Part shown: positions 13,950 to 28,010 of the stretch, piece after piece
How the letters are laid out: the number at the start of each line of letters is the position of its first letter
How positions within the stretch are numbered: the stretch's first letter is position 1
NCBI RefSeq assembly: GCF_006345805.1
Contig: NC_043002.1
Span: 39,122,001 to 39,186,000 of the forward strand
Reading direction: 5' to 3'
Source: Octopus sinensis
Taxonomy: Eukaryota
Length of the DNA: 64,000 nucleotides
Program-made: the position numbers and the translations under genes
The notes under the pieces: generated by a model
Database searches by the model: none
The model's input: only the letters and a program-made list of their open reading frames with translations
What the model was told of the DNA's origin: nothing

Positions 13950-14427
13950 AGTAGAAATAATTATTTTAAATATGTTTGCTGGAGATTGCCGTCTCCTTGT
14001 GCCTCTTTTCCTCCATCACCTCTCGGATAACTATTCAGCCTCGTTGCAGATCTGCATAGTTTGAAACATGAGTGACAGATGAATGTTATAATTTGCTGTG
14101 CACCTCCAACTGGTTAGATATGCACACGTCGCTACTCTTCTATTGCCATAGTACTTTCAGTAGTCAGGATGACAAATGAGGTTACTATAAAGAAACATTT
14201 GTATATCATTAGTTTACGATGATAAATGCATGCACAACACGAGCACCACTCTCTTAGTTTCCGTGAATAGTACCCAGCAACAGGCCGAAGAGAGATGACC
14301 AATAATCATACGAGACCACAAGTTTTACATTAGAGTGTCCCTCTTCTACAGGGATGCTGTGACAACAGTTAGGGGTTAGCTAGCATATGTTATATATAAA
14401 TTTCATATATGCTAGTTAATCCCGTGT

Positions 14428-14506
<79 letters not shown>

Positions 14507-14876
14507 AGAGACATGTATGGAATTTTTTAGTGGAAATTCTTTAGACGGAGAATTATTTTTTATTTCTCTGTTTGAAAAGTTTCTGATAGGAAATTCCTTA
14601 AATGTCTACCTAACATGTAAATCTTTGTAATTCCTATCAGCAAATGAAACACGTGTAATGGTGAATAAATAATACCCCCAAAAAATTTCTAATTTCCTGT
14701 TTTGTTGTACACTATTTCCGTAAATAATATTTTCCATAATTTTCAATTTTAATATGTATTTTGACTAACTTATAGCAGCAACAGTGGCCGCATATTGGAT
14801 TGTATTAATGGATATAAGCAGATGTGCTTCAAGAGGAAACAGCTGGCATTAACCCCTGCTACCTGTATATATATAC

Positions 14877-14908
<32 letters not shown>

Positions 14909-14986
14909 ATACATATACATATATATATACATATACATATATATACATATACATATACATACATATACATATATATATATACATAT

Positions 14987-15018
<32 letters not shown>

Positions 15019-17067
15019 CACTGTGTTGTCACGTGACAACCAATGATTAACACATTTGACTCGTTTATTGCAATGTAATGTTATATCACGGTGTGCGAAT
15101 GTGTGTGAGTGTGTATAAAGGTGTGTTTACTTCCTCTCTAGGAACGCATGCATGCAGAGAAATGCAGACAATATTGAAGCTAAAAAATGGTAAGAAGGAA
15201 TGAAAGAAAGAAGTAAATGAGTGAATGAATTAATTAGTTACACCGTTATAGGCACACTTTTTTGCCCTAAGTATCTCTTTTTGTGTGTTTTTATTCTCAT
15301 CCAGAAATACAACGCTCCAATAATTTTCCTTTTGATAAGATTGATTTCTTGAAAGAGTTTTACCATAGATAAGAAAGAATGTGATTGAATGAAAACAAAA
15401 GACTGAATCTTGCTTTGCTAGAATGCAGCCAATTTTCCGCCATTTAAAGATATAAAATTTATACTCGATATGATTTTATTTGAACTAAAGTGTTTATTAG
15501 AACTAGTGTGCATATTAGCAAATGTGTGATGAAGCCTCCCATAATGAATTATTGTTAGTGGTAGTGATGGAAGTGGAAAATATTTTACCCAGCTTCAGGT
15601 CAGCCTTCACTGCGCAGGCAGACAAAGGACCGTATTCTGAGACTAACCCGTCTTCCTTTATTCATTTATTCATTTATTATTTATTTATTTCATTTTGTAG
15701 ACATAATGTATCTAGAAAAATATAATTCAATTTGACTTTCTTCTTACAAGGCGACGAGGTGTTATTTGAGAAAAATTTGACAAGCACAGAATCCAAGCAA
15801 CCTTGTGTTACGAAAATCTGTAGCATAAAGTCTTAGACGTTGAATGGAATTCAATGTTTTAAACTGTTACTTTAGCATCTACCATTTTTGTTTGTTTGTT
15901 GTTTTTTTTTCGTTTATTTTAATTTTTAATTTTTTTTTTAACTTTTGGGGTTTTTTTTCTTGCAGGTACGTTGTGGCTAGGAATACATTTTTCAATGTTC
16001 CTTTCTTTTCATAAAACGACAGAGTGTGATTTGAGAAAGATTTGCGTAAATAACGCTCCAGTGTCTTCGCGTTACGACAGTGTTGCGTTTCTGAAAATCT
16101 TGTTATAAATTGGAATTTCGTAGCACTATTTTCCCATTGTTCCCATTATTTTCCTGTATATTTATAGCGCTATTTTCCGATTGAACACAAAATTTCCGTA
16201 ATTACCTGTATTTCGATCCAGTCGAATGGTCGCATAGAGGCTTTCTCTTGGTCTCATGCCCTTTCAGTGATTTATTGTACTATCCTAAACATGAAATGTT
16301 AAAGCTATATCTATTTGCAAGTCTATTTTAACAAGATCTACGTTTTCCCGGTCATAGTTGAGGTCAGTCAAATAGTATTCTTTAGAATATCTGGACAATG
16401 TTAAGAATCTGCTTTACAACCATGTGGCTTCAGGTTCAATCCCACTACGTAGTATCTTGGACAAGTTCCTTTTACTATAGCCCAGGCGCCAACCAACGCC
16501 CTGTCAGTGAATCTGATCGACGGAAACGTATGTGTGTCTTTGTGTTTTCTCTTTACCATCCGATTAACAACGTAGCAGTTCGGTAAAAAAGAACGATAGA
16601 ATAAGTAGTCAATTTGTTCGACTAAACCCTTCAAGAGAGTGCCCCAGCATGGCCGTAATCCTATGACTGAAACAAGTAAAAAAAAAGCTAGACGATAACC
16701 ATCGCACTAAATTATTCCTTAAAATTATTTTAGAAAACAATCTTCCGAAACTATGTTGAGCTTAAAACTTGAATCTAACTTCAAGCATTGAGTATTATAA
16801 CTTGTATGAATTCACAGTTAACTTGGAAAATATAGAAAAGAAATATATACTGTGTGGAGTTATGAATTTTGACTAAATTGCTTCCATGTACTCAAATAGT
16901 GTAATCATTAAAATTGTATATCATTTTTTTTTACCTAATAATCATATACAATAAATTAGCATACGTATGTCAGAAATAACTATACGTTACAGTAAAGGTG
17001 TTCTTATGCAACATCACAAAATCAAAAGACAACAGACTATATATATGCGTGTACCTGCATGTAAGTT

Positions 17068-17121
<54 letters not shown>

Positions 17122-18199
17122 AATATTAATGTATTTACCTAAGTATGTATGTATGCATGCATGTGTTTATATAGCATAGCATACATTAAAGGAAAGCAAT
17201 TCACATTTTCTGCAGCTAATCTCATTACTATTCGGTTCTGGTGACGTTCGATAAAGCCTTTCCTTGGTTAGAAAATGGACGTCTCTCTTATTGAATATAC
17301 TTAGTACAGAATTGTGTAGATACAAAAGACATTATGAAAAGAATGAAACATTGTTAACATTGGATCAATGCTAATGGCATTCGGCATACTTTAAAATGTT
17401 TATACTTCCTAGCAATATCTCTGTCCAACAATATCTGTTTGTCTATGATTATCACTGACAAAAGTGCTAATCCTGCAGATGGCGCGACAGACTAATGTCT
17501 TTAAATAAAATAAAACACACACATACACGCACACACGCACACACATACATACACACACACACAGTGAATAGCAATAACTGATTTCAGACGCTAACTACAG
17601 GTTTTTTTATAATATTGTAATATTCCGTTTATCCTTATAATTAGCACGTCGTTTTACAAATAGCGACAGTGGGAATATATGATGTAAAAGATAAACAATC
17701 TTTGTTATAAGTAGTCAATGAGAACAAAAAAATTATTGAATTTCGGCTTATGGAAACTGACAACGTCTGAAGTTTGGTCAGTTGAGGATTAATGTTGATA
17801 TTTTATGAACATTTCCCACAATACAGTTTTGCATTACTTTTAATACGATTTTTTGCCATTGCTGCATAATAAAAAAAAAAATACTATTTCTGTATATGTG
17901 TATATCTGTATATGCTCTTACATATGCATATACACACAAACTATGTGTGTATGTGTGTATTGGCGGCGTTTACAGCGTGAATGCAAACCACGCAAAGTAT
18001 GCTTAAGCTATATAAAACAAATGCAAATAAAGCAGATTTTAATATCAGTCGTCTTTCATTTTTATGGGAGACAGCTGGGAAAAGGTTACATACATATTAC
18101 ATGTAACTCATTTAAATGGTATGTTTTTTAGGTTTCAAAATTGCATGATCTGGTTGAAGTGCCAGGAGCTGGCCATATATATATATATATATATATATC

Positions 18200-18387
18200 A
18201 TTCGCCATGATAAATCGCTGGCCACTACACATTCTTTTATTTTCTCTCCTTGTTTTTCTTTCTGTAGAAGAGCGTTGGCTCGAAACGTTAAAGATCTTTT
18301 CACTTCCCGAGCGTTATACTAATACATCTGTTTGTTGTCTACACCACCTGTCTTCATCTTTTGTTTTTTCTTTTGTGAATTCTCCCA

Positions 18388-18388
<1 letters not shown>
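18200..18388 (+). mobile_element. Family H1 copy 3
   Basis: UCUUU-CUGUAGAA-GAGC(GUUG)GCUC-GAAA-CGUU-AAAGA at 18257-18294, with a perfect 5-bp stem I. (TA)n on both sides. Confidence 0.55.
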
Positions 18389-18463
<75 letters not shown>

Positions 18464-18559
18464 TTTTGTGTGTGTGTGCGTTTGTGTGTGTGTGTGTGTG
18501 TACTATTTGATTTTATATCTAGTTATAATAAAAATAATTTAATAATAAACTAAAGGATT

Positions 18560-18693
18560 ACATCGAAGTCCCGATGGAAGCTAAGCAGACTATTCTTGTT
18601 AAACAAGAATAAATATGGACTCTAAAAATAGAGTCCATATTTATTCTTGTTTAACAAGAATAGTCTGCTTAGCTTCCATCGGGACTTCGATGT
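18560..18693. repeat. Perfect 65-bp inverted repeat with 4-nt loop
   Basis: 18560-18624 is the exact reverse complement of 18629-18693; the loop is AAAA. Confidence 0.95.
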
Positions 18694-19252
18694 TTCGGTC
18701 TACTTAGCTTTCATCGGACTGATGAATTCATCTTGGATTTAGACAGTCTCTGGTACGTTTAATATTTCTAGGATAAGTGGAACTTTGTTGGATGAGGATT
18801 ATTTGTAGGATATAAACGATGTAGCTAGGGTTGAAATCCAAGTTACGTCTTCTTAAAGCACATCTGCTTATTCTAGTATTCCTATTCTGCATGTAGAGTT
18901 GAAAATTCTGGAAATATTGTTTTTAGAGTAACTATGTATCAAAACAGAAGTTGGAAAAATATTTTCGTATTATTTATTCACCATTGCATATGTAAAGAAA
19001 ATATATGCAAGTAAACTATATGTTTATGTATGTAAGTAAATATATGTAAGTAAAATATATGTAAGTAAAAATTGATGGATATTTTAAAAGACATATCCTG
19101 AATTACTAAAATCGCATTGGAAGCACCTTCATCTCTTATAAAGATTGAGGCTGAAAGTACAAAATTCTACGAGAGATTCAGAAATATCAAATCTCTTGTA
19201 TCTTTTGTAAAGTTCTGTAACATATTGAAAGCTCTTTTGTATTTCAACTAAC

Positions 19253-19562
19253 CATGAATGACCATGGGACTGCAGCTAGAAAGTTCCCCTCCGAGGCACA
19301 AGTCTGGGCATGGTTGTTTGCGGAAGACTAGCAGTCGCCCATGCATACCAGCCTTCCCTATCCACGCCACCGATGTTATCCGAGAGAAAGGCAAAGGCCG
19401 ATACAGCTTGGCACCTGTGATGTCGCAACTCATTTCTACGGCTGGAGCAATGTGAAATAAAGTGTCTTACTCAAGAACACAACACATAGACAGGTCCGGG
19501 AATCGAACTCACCACCTCATGATTGTGAGCCCGATCCTCTAACCATTAAGCCATATGCTTTC
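19253..19562 (-). mobile_element. SINE family D variant
   Basis: GAGTTCGATTCC B box; full-length homology to 37800-38123. Confidence 0.8.
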
Positions 19563-19602
19563 AAGCATTACATATGTATTACATTGATATATGTGCGTAA
19601 TT

Positions 19603-19820
19603 ATGGCGGTGAGCTAGCAGAAACTTTAGCACGCCGGACGAAGCGCTTAGCGGTATTTCGCCCGTTGCTACGTTCTGAGTTCAAATTCCGCTGAGGTCGG
19701 CTTTGTCTTTTATCCTTTGGGGGGTCGATAAATTAAGTTCCAGTTGCGTAATGGGATCGATCAAATCGACTGACTCCCTCTCCCAAAAGATTTCAGGCCT
19801 TGTACCTATAGTAGAAAGGA
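19603..19820 (+). mobile_element. SINE family C
   Basis: Same head and central domain. Further decayed copies near 6900, 11830, 12010, 20010, 38270, 38450, 42560, 45095, 54110 and 54950. Confidence 0.8.
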
Positions 19821-20317
19821 TATATGTACGTATATGTATATACACGTATTTCTCTCTCTCCTTTCTGGTCTACCAAATTTGTTTTTCATTCTCTCCCAGC
19901 TGCCTGATTAGTAACTAACCATATAAAATGCTTCATCCAAAAGTAAATTTTGTATTACTTGATTCTCTATACGGCGACAAGCGAGCAGGATCTTTACCGC
20001 ACCGATCAAAATGCTTTGGGGCATTTCGTCCGTCTTTATGTTCCGCCGGGATCGACTTTGCTTCTTATGCTTTCGTGGGTCGATAAAATCTGTGGTCGAA
20101 GCAATCGACTCACTCCTTCCCTGAAATTGCTGATATTGTGCTATAACTTGGAACCATCATTTTATTTTCTATCTCAAGAATTTCCAATAGAAATTTATCC
20201 TACAAGTACAGGTTTGTATTCTTCATTAATAAATGAAATACGTGTAATGGTGAATAAATAATACCAAGAAGTTTGTTCTAAAGTCCTATTTTGATTGACT
20301 GATTGATTGATTTATAA

Positions 20318-20418
<101 letters not shown>

Positions 20419-20442
20419 TACATACATACACACATACATACA

Positions 20443-20830
20443 GATTACAAGTTCAGGTTTATACCTGTAATTATTGGGGCACTAGGATTTGTAACACACT
20501 ACCGAAATATCAATCTTGAGAAATCAGACTTTTTAAAACCAGAAAGGACAAAACTGCTTCAAAGTCAATAGATTCAAGTTATCATTGGAACTGTAAAAGT
20601 CTGTAAAACTTTCCAGAAGTTTATCATTTAAGTATATACGAGCGTGTCTAGATAAGCAGCAATATGCATGAAAATACATACATAAAACAAAACATACAAA
20701 TCTGCACATGTACATACATACAAAAATACTCTGTTGCTGTTCTTGAAATTCCAATGGTGGAGCCTTGGTTCTAGGTTAAAAACTGGTTCTTTCTCTGTTA
20801 GCAAGAAATTTCGAAATAAAACTGAATAAT
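20443..20830 (+). mobile_element. R4/Dong-like non-LTR retrotransposon 3' end (restriction-like endonuclease C-terminus)
   Basis: DYKFRFIPVIIGALGFVT..NLEKSDF..*IQVIIGTVKVCKTFQKFII* (20443-20631) matches the P.IIGALG...GT.K..K.F ending of R4-clade ORFs. Embedded in (ACAT)/(AC) microsatellite. Confidence 0.7.
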
Positions 20831-20849
20831 TACATACACACACACACAC

Positions 20850-20887
<38 letters not shown>

Positions 20888-20916
20888 TACATACATACAT
20901 ACATACATACATACAT

Positions 20917-20947
<31 letters not shown>

Positions 20948-23900
20948 TACATACATACACACATACATATATACATACATAAGCATACATGCGCATACAC
21001 AAAACAACGTTTGAATCTTCGGTGGCAGGAAATTCTATCACCCGAATTATACAAAATGGAGACATCACAAAAATATATAAGATCACCCTACACCCACCTC
21101 CACACGCATGCTCACACACACACACACACTCCTGCATACGTCACACGCTTAGTTGATCGGGCGGTTTCAATATGTAAGGCTGCAAGAACATATCTGCTTT
21201 CATTAACAGGTTATTCAGCTCACGTGACGAATGTTATATCCTCCATATTAATAATCCTACATCTGCTGGCTTCTTACCATTGGTCGAACAGATTTTGTTA
21301 TTTCTGCTATTCATGCTCGAGATATATATGTGTGTGTGTGCTATATATATATATATATATAAAAGAAACATTGTTAGCAAGTGGAATTATTGAATTATGA
21401 TACTTAACATACTAAACCTGATACCTTTCTATCTACCTATCTATTTATCCAGTTATTTATGTAATTATCAAATTACCTATTTATTTATTTATCTATCTAA
21501 CTAGCTAGCTTTTAATTTATTTATCTATCTACCTAGCAATTATTTATCTATCTATCTATCTACTTATCTACCTATTTATCTAACTATCTGCCCATTCATA
21601 TTGCTGTCTATCTATCCGGCAATCTAACTATGTATTCAGTAATACATCTATCTGTCTACAATATCTATTTGAGTGTCAACAAGATGCTATTTCAAAACTT
21701 TGCATCTATTTTTGTTTCTATGCCTATAAATATGTATTTATCTATATATTGCCCAATTTTTATCACTGAAACAGCTTGTGAAGTTTTATCACTGAAACAG
21801 CTTGTAAAAAGGAAACCTTGTGAAGTTAGTTGAAATACAAAAGAGCTTTCAATTTGTTACAGAACTTTACAAAGGACACAAGAGCTTTGATATTTCTAAA
21901 TCTCTCGCAGAATTTTGTACTTTCAGCCTCAATCCTTATAAGAGATGAAGGTGCATCCAATGTGATTTTTAGTAATTCAGTATATGTCTTTTAAAATATC
22001 CATCATATAGGTAAATACAAATTGTTCTGAAAGTCTGTCGACTTTTTGTCGTGTTTAGAAACATTAAGTTGCAACAGAATCTTTGTAATTCCTTATTACG
22101 AAAATATTATTAAGAAAATAAAGATCTTTTGTACTCAATATGTAGCTAAGGTGGCATTTAGAAATATTGACGGAATGAAGTAGGAATTTGACTGTTGATT
22201 GAACATACTTCAAATATTTAGAGTTAAATATACTATTAGGTATTTTCCAGTAGTCAGCTTCTCTCGCTCTCACACACACAAACACATATATATATGTAGT
22301 AGTAGTAGTAGTAGTAGTAGTAGTTCGCTTGGGCATAGCAATACTAATAACCCGGTGTTAGAATTCAATATGCATATGCTTCGGAAAAAGCCTCAATAGC
22401 TGACAGCAGAAACAGCTGTAAGCTAATGTACTTATCCAGCTGTCTTTCGTAAAAATGAAAGATTCGTATTAAAATCTGTTTTGTTATTTGCATTCCTTTA
22501 TTAGCTTAGGCCATAATTTGCGTGATTTGCCTTCACGCAGGAAACGCTGATGTAGTAGAATTTATCTTGTTAACAAACCGTAAGCGATGATCCCTTGGCA
22601 AAAACCCCGCAGACCTATTTTTATTTCCATTTGGAACGACTTATCTTACATCTTTAGTGACCTGGAGAAAAGGTATGAATATCACAACCCTGCACTTCAA
22701 TTTCGAAATCTACATACGAAAAAGTTCTTGCGATGTCGGTTCTTTGACCGAGGGGCCGATAGTAATTCTTAATCGTTTAATATCTAGAGCAGTCATAGCT
22801 CGCCTAACGAAATATTACCCTGAAATTTTTGTAGTAGAGTGATTCGCCTAATGATGAATCATGTCTCATGAGTCCTCGTCTTAAAAATGGTTACCCATAC
22901 CTAATCTAGAAAGTTATAAGATCTACTTCTAAATTTCCATTGTTCTGGTTGCTTCTCGATTTTGTGATGAATACTCCCCTCCTCAAAACCACCAAACATA
23001 TCCCTTCTCTCCCTTATTTAATACGGAACGAATCACAATAAATGAATTAATGAATTTCCCTTTCTCAGAGCGTCTTGAATATTATGCTTAATCATAGAAT
23101 AAAATTAATTAACTGGAGTTAACTGCAATATCTAAATTCGTAAACAACTGCATATAAATTGAGCAGGTTCGAAATTCTGGATCATGGATTTTGCATTGTG
23201 TTTTTATTTTCTATTCTTCAGATCGTAGAGAAAGTAAGAGATAGGGACAGAGACATGGAAAGTGGCAGGAACACAGAGAAACACAAGGAAAGTGAAACAA
23301 AATTAGCAAGAAGTACTGAATAAAGGATGGAGAGATGACGGTTAAAACAATTCGAAAGAAATAAGGTATACAGCTTTGTTAGAGGCTTAAGGCCGCCATC
23401 TTCAGGCAAGTTGAAGAAACACAACTTATGACTTAGAAAGTAGAAAAAAATATATTCTACGTATTGAAAATAAAATTGACAAAGTTTTAAATATCTTGTA
23501 TACTTTAACACCAAAATATATATATACAAAAATACCCTCTAGTAAAATACGTAACATTTTTTCTTTTACAAAAGCGGTAGAGATTACAATGTGTCAGAGT
23601 ACTAATAAAGAAAATAAGGTTTCACAGTAATGATTATTTTTCTTCTATTCTCAGATGCACTTTTATCTAAAGTTAGGTTACGTTCTCGTTTGGAGATCTC
23701 TAAAGATAACAGTACACGGAGGATATCAAATAAAGAAGACTGCATGTCTCAGTGAGTGGGAGGAAAATAAAATTATTTCTAATATCTCATTGTTTTATTT
23801 TTTATATATATTTGTTTATTTATTGAAGAGCTAGTATAGGTGAGGGAAAGAGAGAAAGCGTGTATAGGCTAAAGAGGGATAGAGAGTAAGAGAGAGAAAT

Positions 23901-24444
23901 AGAGAGAGAGTAAGCGATTGACATTTTGGCTGTTTTGTTTCGTTTCATTACGTTGTGAGTTCAACTTTGCTCCTCCATCTTTCCAATGTGGTTACTATTG
24001 TTCAAACAGAACTGTATCGAAAGCATTCCCTCTGTGACCAACCTGTCTTTTAATGATGTCTAAATGTACGTTACATAATTTGTCCTTTTCTGGGGTGTTT
24101 TTTGTTTTTTGTTTTTTTCTATTAAACCAATATTATTTGATGGACATTTGGTTGTTATTTCTCGAGAAAACGAGCCTCTTTGACCCGACGTCATCGGAGT
24201 CAAATGTCTTTCCTTTCTTAAACACGACAGTGCGTGATATGAGAGAGGTTTTTCGGCCATTTCTAATTGGTGGAGCGATCGTTTAAAGATTTCAGCGATG
24301 ACTCCAACAAATAAAAGTGCTTTTACACACAGTGAAATTAATTATAAATAATTACTTGCATTTATTCGTGCTTCTACCCACCTCTTTCTTTTGAATTCTT
24401 GTATTCACTTTCCCTCCATATCTTTCTGTCTCTATCTTGAGATA

Positions 24445-24478
<34 letters not shown>

Positions 24479-26069
24479 GTGGACTTTCCCGTTGAAGACG
24501 ACGTATAAGCGGTCAGCCTTTGCACAAATGATTTGTTGATAGTGATTAAATGTATGTGTCGTACATTAGCTCACTCTCTCCATCAAATCGACATTGCCTG
24601 AACAGGTACACAGTGTACCACGCGTCAGGTGTCGAAGTGATCGCAGAGCAACGTGAGAGGAAGTGTTTCTCCCCCAAGAATACAAGGCACCACTCGGTCT
24701 AGGAATTGAAACACCGATCGATCTCGCGATCGTAAGTGCAACACCCTAGCCACTATGTATATATATATATATATTCACACACACACTAAAATGAAATTAT
24801 CCAGTAAACTTGTTGAAATCAATGAATGAACTGGTCTCGGAATGTCGTCACCAAAACAAGTTTATTTTATAAGACTTTATCCTATGTACAGGTTCAATAC
24901 ACACGGCTTTCGCATATGTAGAATATTTTTAATACTTCTGGAATTCCTCCGTACCTTTAGGACGCCCCATCACAATTTGATGATAAAGACTGTTCCAAAG
25001 TCTTTTGACTTTGTATCAACAAAATGACTTTTTCATGTCCCCCTGAATCACCAAACTATGGAAACATTTCCCCCTTCACCTTAATTTAATTTCCAATTTA
25101 TTTTCCTAATATATTTCATTTATTTTTCTAATGCATTTATTGGATATACTTAGTTTTAGCGAAATTTTTCTCCCCTCCTCTTCATAACAAATATCTGTTC
25201 TTACCTAAACCCTTAACTTTTCATGCGCTTTAGTCTCCGTCGTTTTAACCTTCCTACTAATCTCTTCTCTCTTTCTCTCTCTCTCTCTCTCTCCTCTTCT
25301 CTCTCCTCATGTAACCTAAGATTTTATGCAAGATCTATTGAATACCACTCCTTTCGCAAGATAAGACAGCCTTGCACTCATCATTACGGACACTCTTTCG
25401 TTTTGCCTCCAATCCTCTCCTATTTCTTCCCTAACAGTTCTCTCTTTCCCTCTCTATTTTAAGCAAATTTTACTGTTGCACTCTTTCTCCTTTTTCCTCC
25501 CTATAAAAATATTTCCCTTTGGGATATCACGGTAAATAAAAACGTCGCATTTCTCACCGACTCTTTTCCTTATCTTTCATTCATTTTCCTTCCTTTCTAC
25601 ACTTCTCACCATCTCTCTCATATACATTTCTTTATATTAATATTCCCTTACTTTTTAATATATCCCCATTATCCATTTCTTCTCCCTATCCATTTCGCTT
25701 CCATATTCCTTTCTCTCGCTTTTCCTAGTGCACTTGAACTCAATATTTCACTTACATGGAATCTAGGTTTATAGGTATAACATCATATCTCGTGAATAGA
25801 ATATTTCTTTTATAGAAAGCCAACTTTCCAACAAAAGGCATCAACTTTGAAATAAGACCAGACTAAGTCTTTAGAAAAGAATATTAGGCATTTCTATTTT
25901 TGTTACTACAATGAAGTCTAGGTTTTAAGAAAATCTTTCTTACGTTTGCATAAACACACACAAATGCACAAAGGCGCACACGTATACATCTGTCCCTCTC
26001 CATTCTTATTCTCTCTCTATATATATACATGTGTGTATTTGTATGGGAGTATATATATATGTATATATA

Positions 26070-26445
26070 TATATGTAGATTGCTTACCAGCCACATGGTT
26101 CTGGGTTCAGTCCCACTGCGTGTCGCCTTGGGCGAGTGTCTTCTAATATAGCCTCGGGCCGACCAAAGCCTTGTGAGTGGATTTGGTAGACGGAAACTGA
26201 AAGAAGCCCGTCGTATATATGTATATGTATGTATGTGTGTGTATATGTTTGTGTGTTTGTGTTTGTCCCCCCAACATCGCTTGACAACCGATGCTGGTGT
26301 GTTTACGTCCCCGTAACTTAGCGGTTTGGCAAAAGAGACTAGGCTTACAATGAATAAGTCCAGGGGTCAATTTGCTCGACTAAAGGCGGTGCTCCAGCAT
26401 GGCCACAGTCAAATGACTGAAACAAGTAAAAGAGTAAAAGAGAGA
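26070..26445 (+). mobile_element. tRNA-derived SINE, family A, with internal microsatellite
   Basis: GGTTCAGTCCCACTGCG B box; GGCCGACCAAAGCCTTGTGAGTGGATTTGGTAGACGGAAACTG body; CAGCATGGCCACAGTCAAATGACTGAAACAAGT tail. Confidence 0.85.
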
Positions 26446-26523
26446 GAGTATATATATATATATATATATAATATAATTATATATATATATATATATAATA
26501 TTATACTGATATTTATACATATA

Positions 26524-26555
<32 letters not shown>

Positions 26556-26639
26556 ATATATATATATATATATATTATAATATATACTGATATCTTTATA
26601 CATATAGAATAAGTGCTAGGCTTACAACGACCTCGAACC

Positions 26640-26860
26640 CACAAGAGTAAACAAGAGAGATAGAGACAGGCAGAAACAAGGAAAATGCCACTTGTATTTG
26701 AACACTATGCAAATATTCTTTTTAAAAAATTTCTTTTAATTTTTACAAAATTTAATTGTTTTCCATACTTACAGTTGAAAAAAGTCTCAATGACTGAAAC
26801 CGGTGCTGAAATGTTTTTTATAAAATCATTTTCGCATTTTCTATCTTAACTGTTTTTTCA
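26640..26860 (+). mobile_element. Family H2 element with hammerhead-like fold, ending in (TA)n
   Basis: CAG-UUGAAAAA-AGUC(UCAAU)GACU-GAAA-CCG-GUG-CUG at 26772-26808. Homologous to the minus-strand copy at 30324-30432. Confidence 0.45.
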
Positions 26861-26876
26861 TATATAATATATATAT

Positions 26877-26939
<63 letters not shown>

Positions 26940-27096
26940 TGGAAAAAAAAGTTATAATGTATATATATATATATATTATAATGTATACTGATATATATAT
27001 ATATATAATGTATACTGATATATATATATATATTATAATGTATACTGATATCTATATATATATATATATATACATATATATATACATATATATGTA

Positions 27097-27262
27097 GGCG
27101 CAGGAGTGGTTTGTGGTAAGTAGCTTACTCACCAAGCACAAGGTGCCGGGTTCAGTCCCACTGCGTGGCAACTTGGGCTAGTGTCTTCTACTATAGCCTC
27201 GGGCCGACCAAAGCCTTGTGAGTGGATTTGGTAGACGGAAACTGGAAGAAGCCCGTCGTATA
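27097..27262 (+). mobile_element. SINE family A, 5' half
   Basis: GGCGCAGGAGTGG head through GAAGCCCGTCGTAT. Confidence 0.85.
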
Positions 27263-27400
27263 TGTATGTATATATATGCATTGAATTTAAGTTTCAAATA
27301 TCATAAGGATGTTTTGGAACCTAGCTGTTCTCTCTAGCGTGAGGAATATCATGAGTAGATTCCTTTTAAGTTTAAATGTACACTGTATTTTATATAGTAT

Positions 27401-27456
<56 letters not shown>

Positions 27457-27944
27457 TATAGGCGCAAGAGAGTGGCTGTGTGGTAAGTGTATGATAATTT
27501 ATTTGGGTTGGTCAAGTATCCTTTTTCTCGGGAGTCTCCAAGTGTATCTGATTTCTGAGGCAAGAGAAGCATGAGTCCATAATTTTTTTCTCTAGAAGTG
27601 GGCAGTAAGGACTGCCTTCGAGTTGAATAAACTCTGGGATAAACAAAAAAATGTATCCGTTGAAAAAGGTCAAAAAGTAGCTTCCATTTTGACTCATGCC
27701 GACTCGTAAGGGCCGGTTTTCCGGCTTCATGGTGTATACAAATCCCCACTTGAATGGAATGCCGGTCCGTCACGGGGTTACTCTTTTATGCCAGGTGAGT
27801 GGACTGGAGCAACGTGAAATGAAGTTTTTTGCTCAAGAACACATTTCGTCACTACGTCCAGGATTCAAAACCACATTCTTACGATCATGAGTCCAACACG
27901 CTAACCACTAAGCTGCGCACCTCCACATCCGTAGAAATGAATCG

Positions 27945-28010
<66 letters not shown>

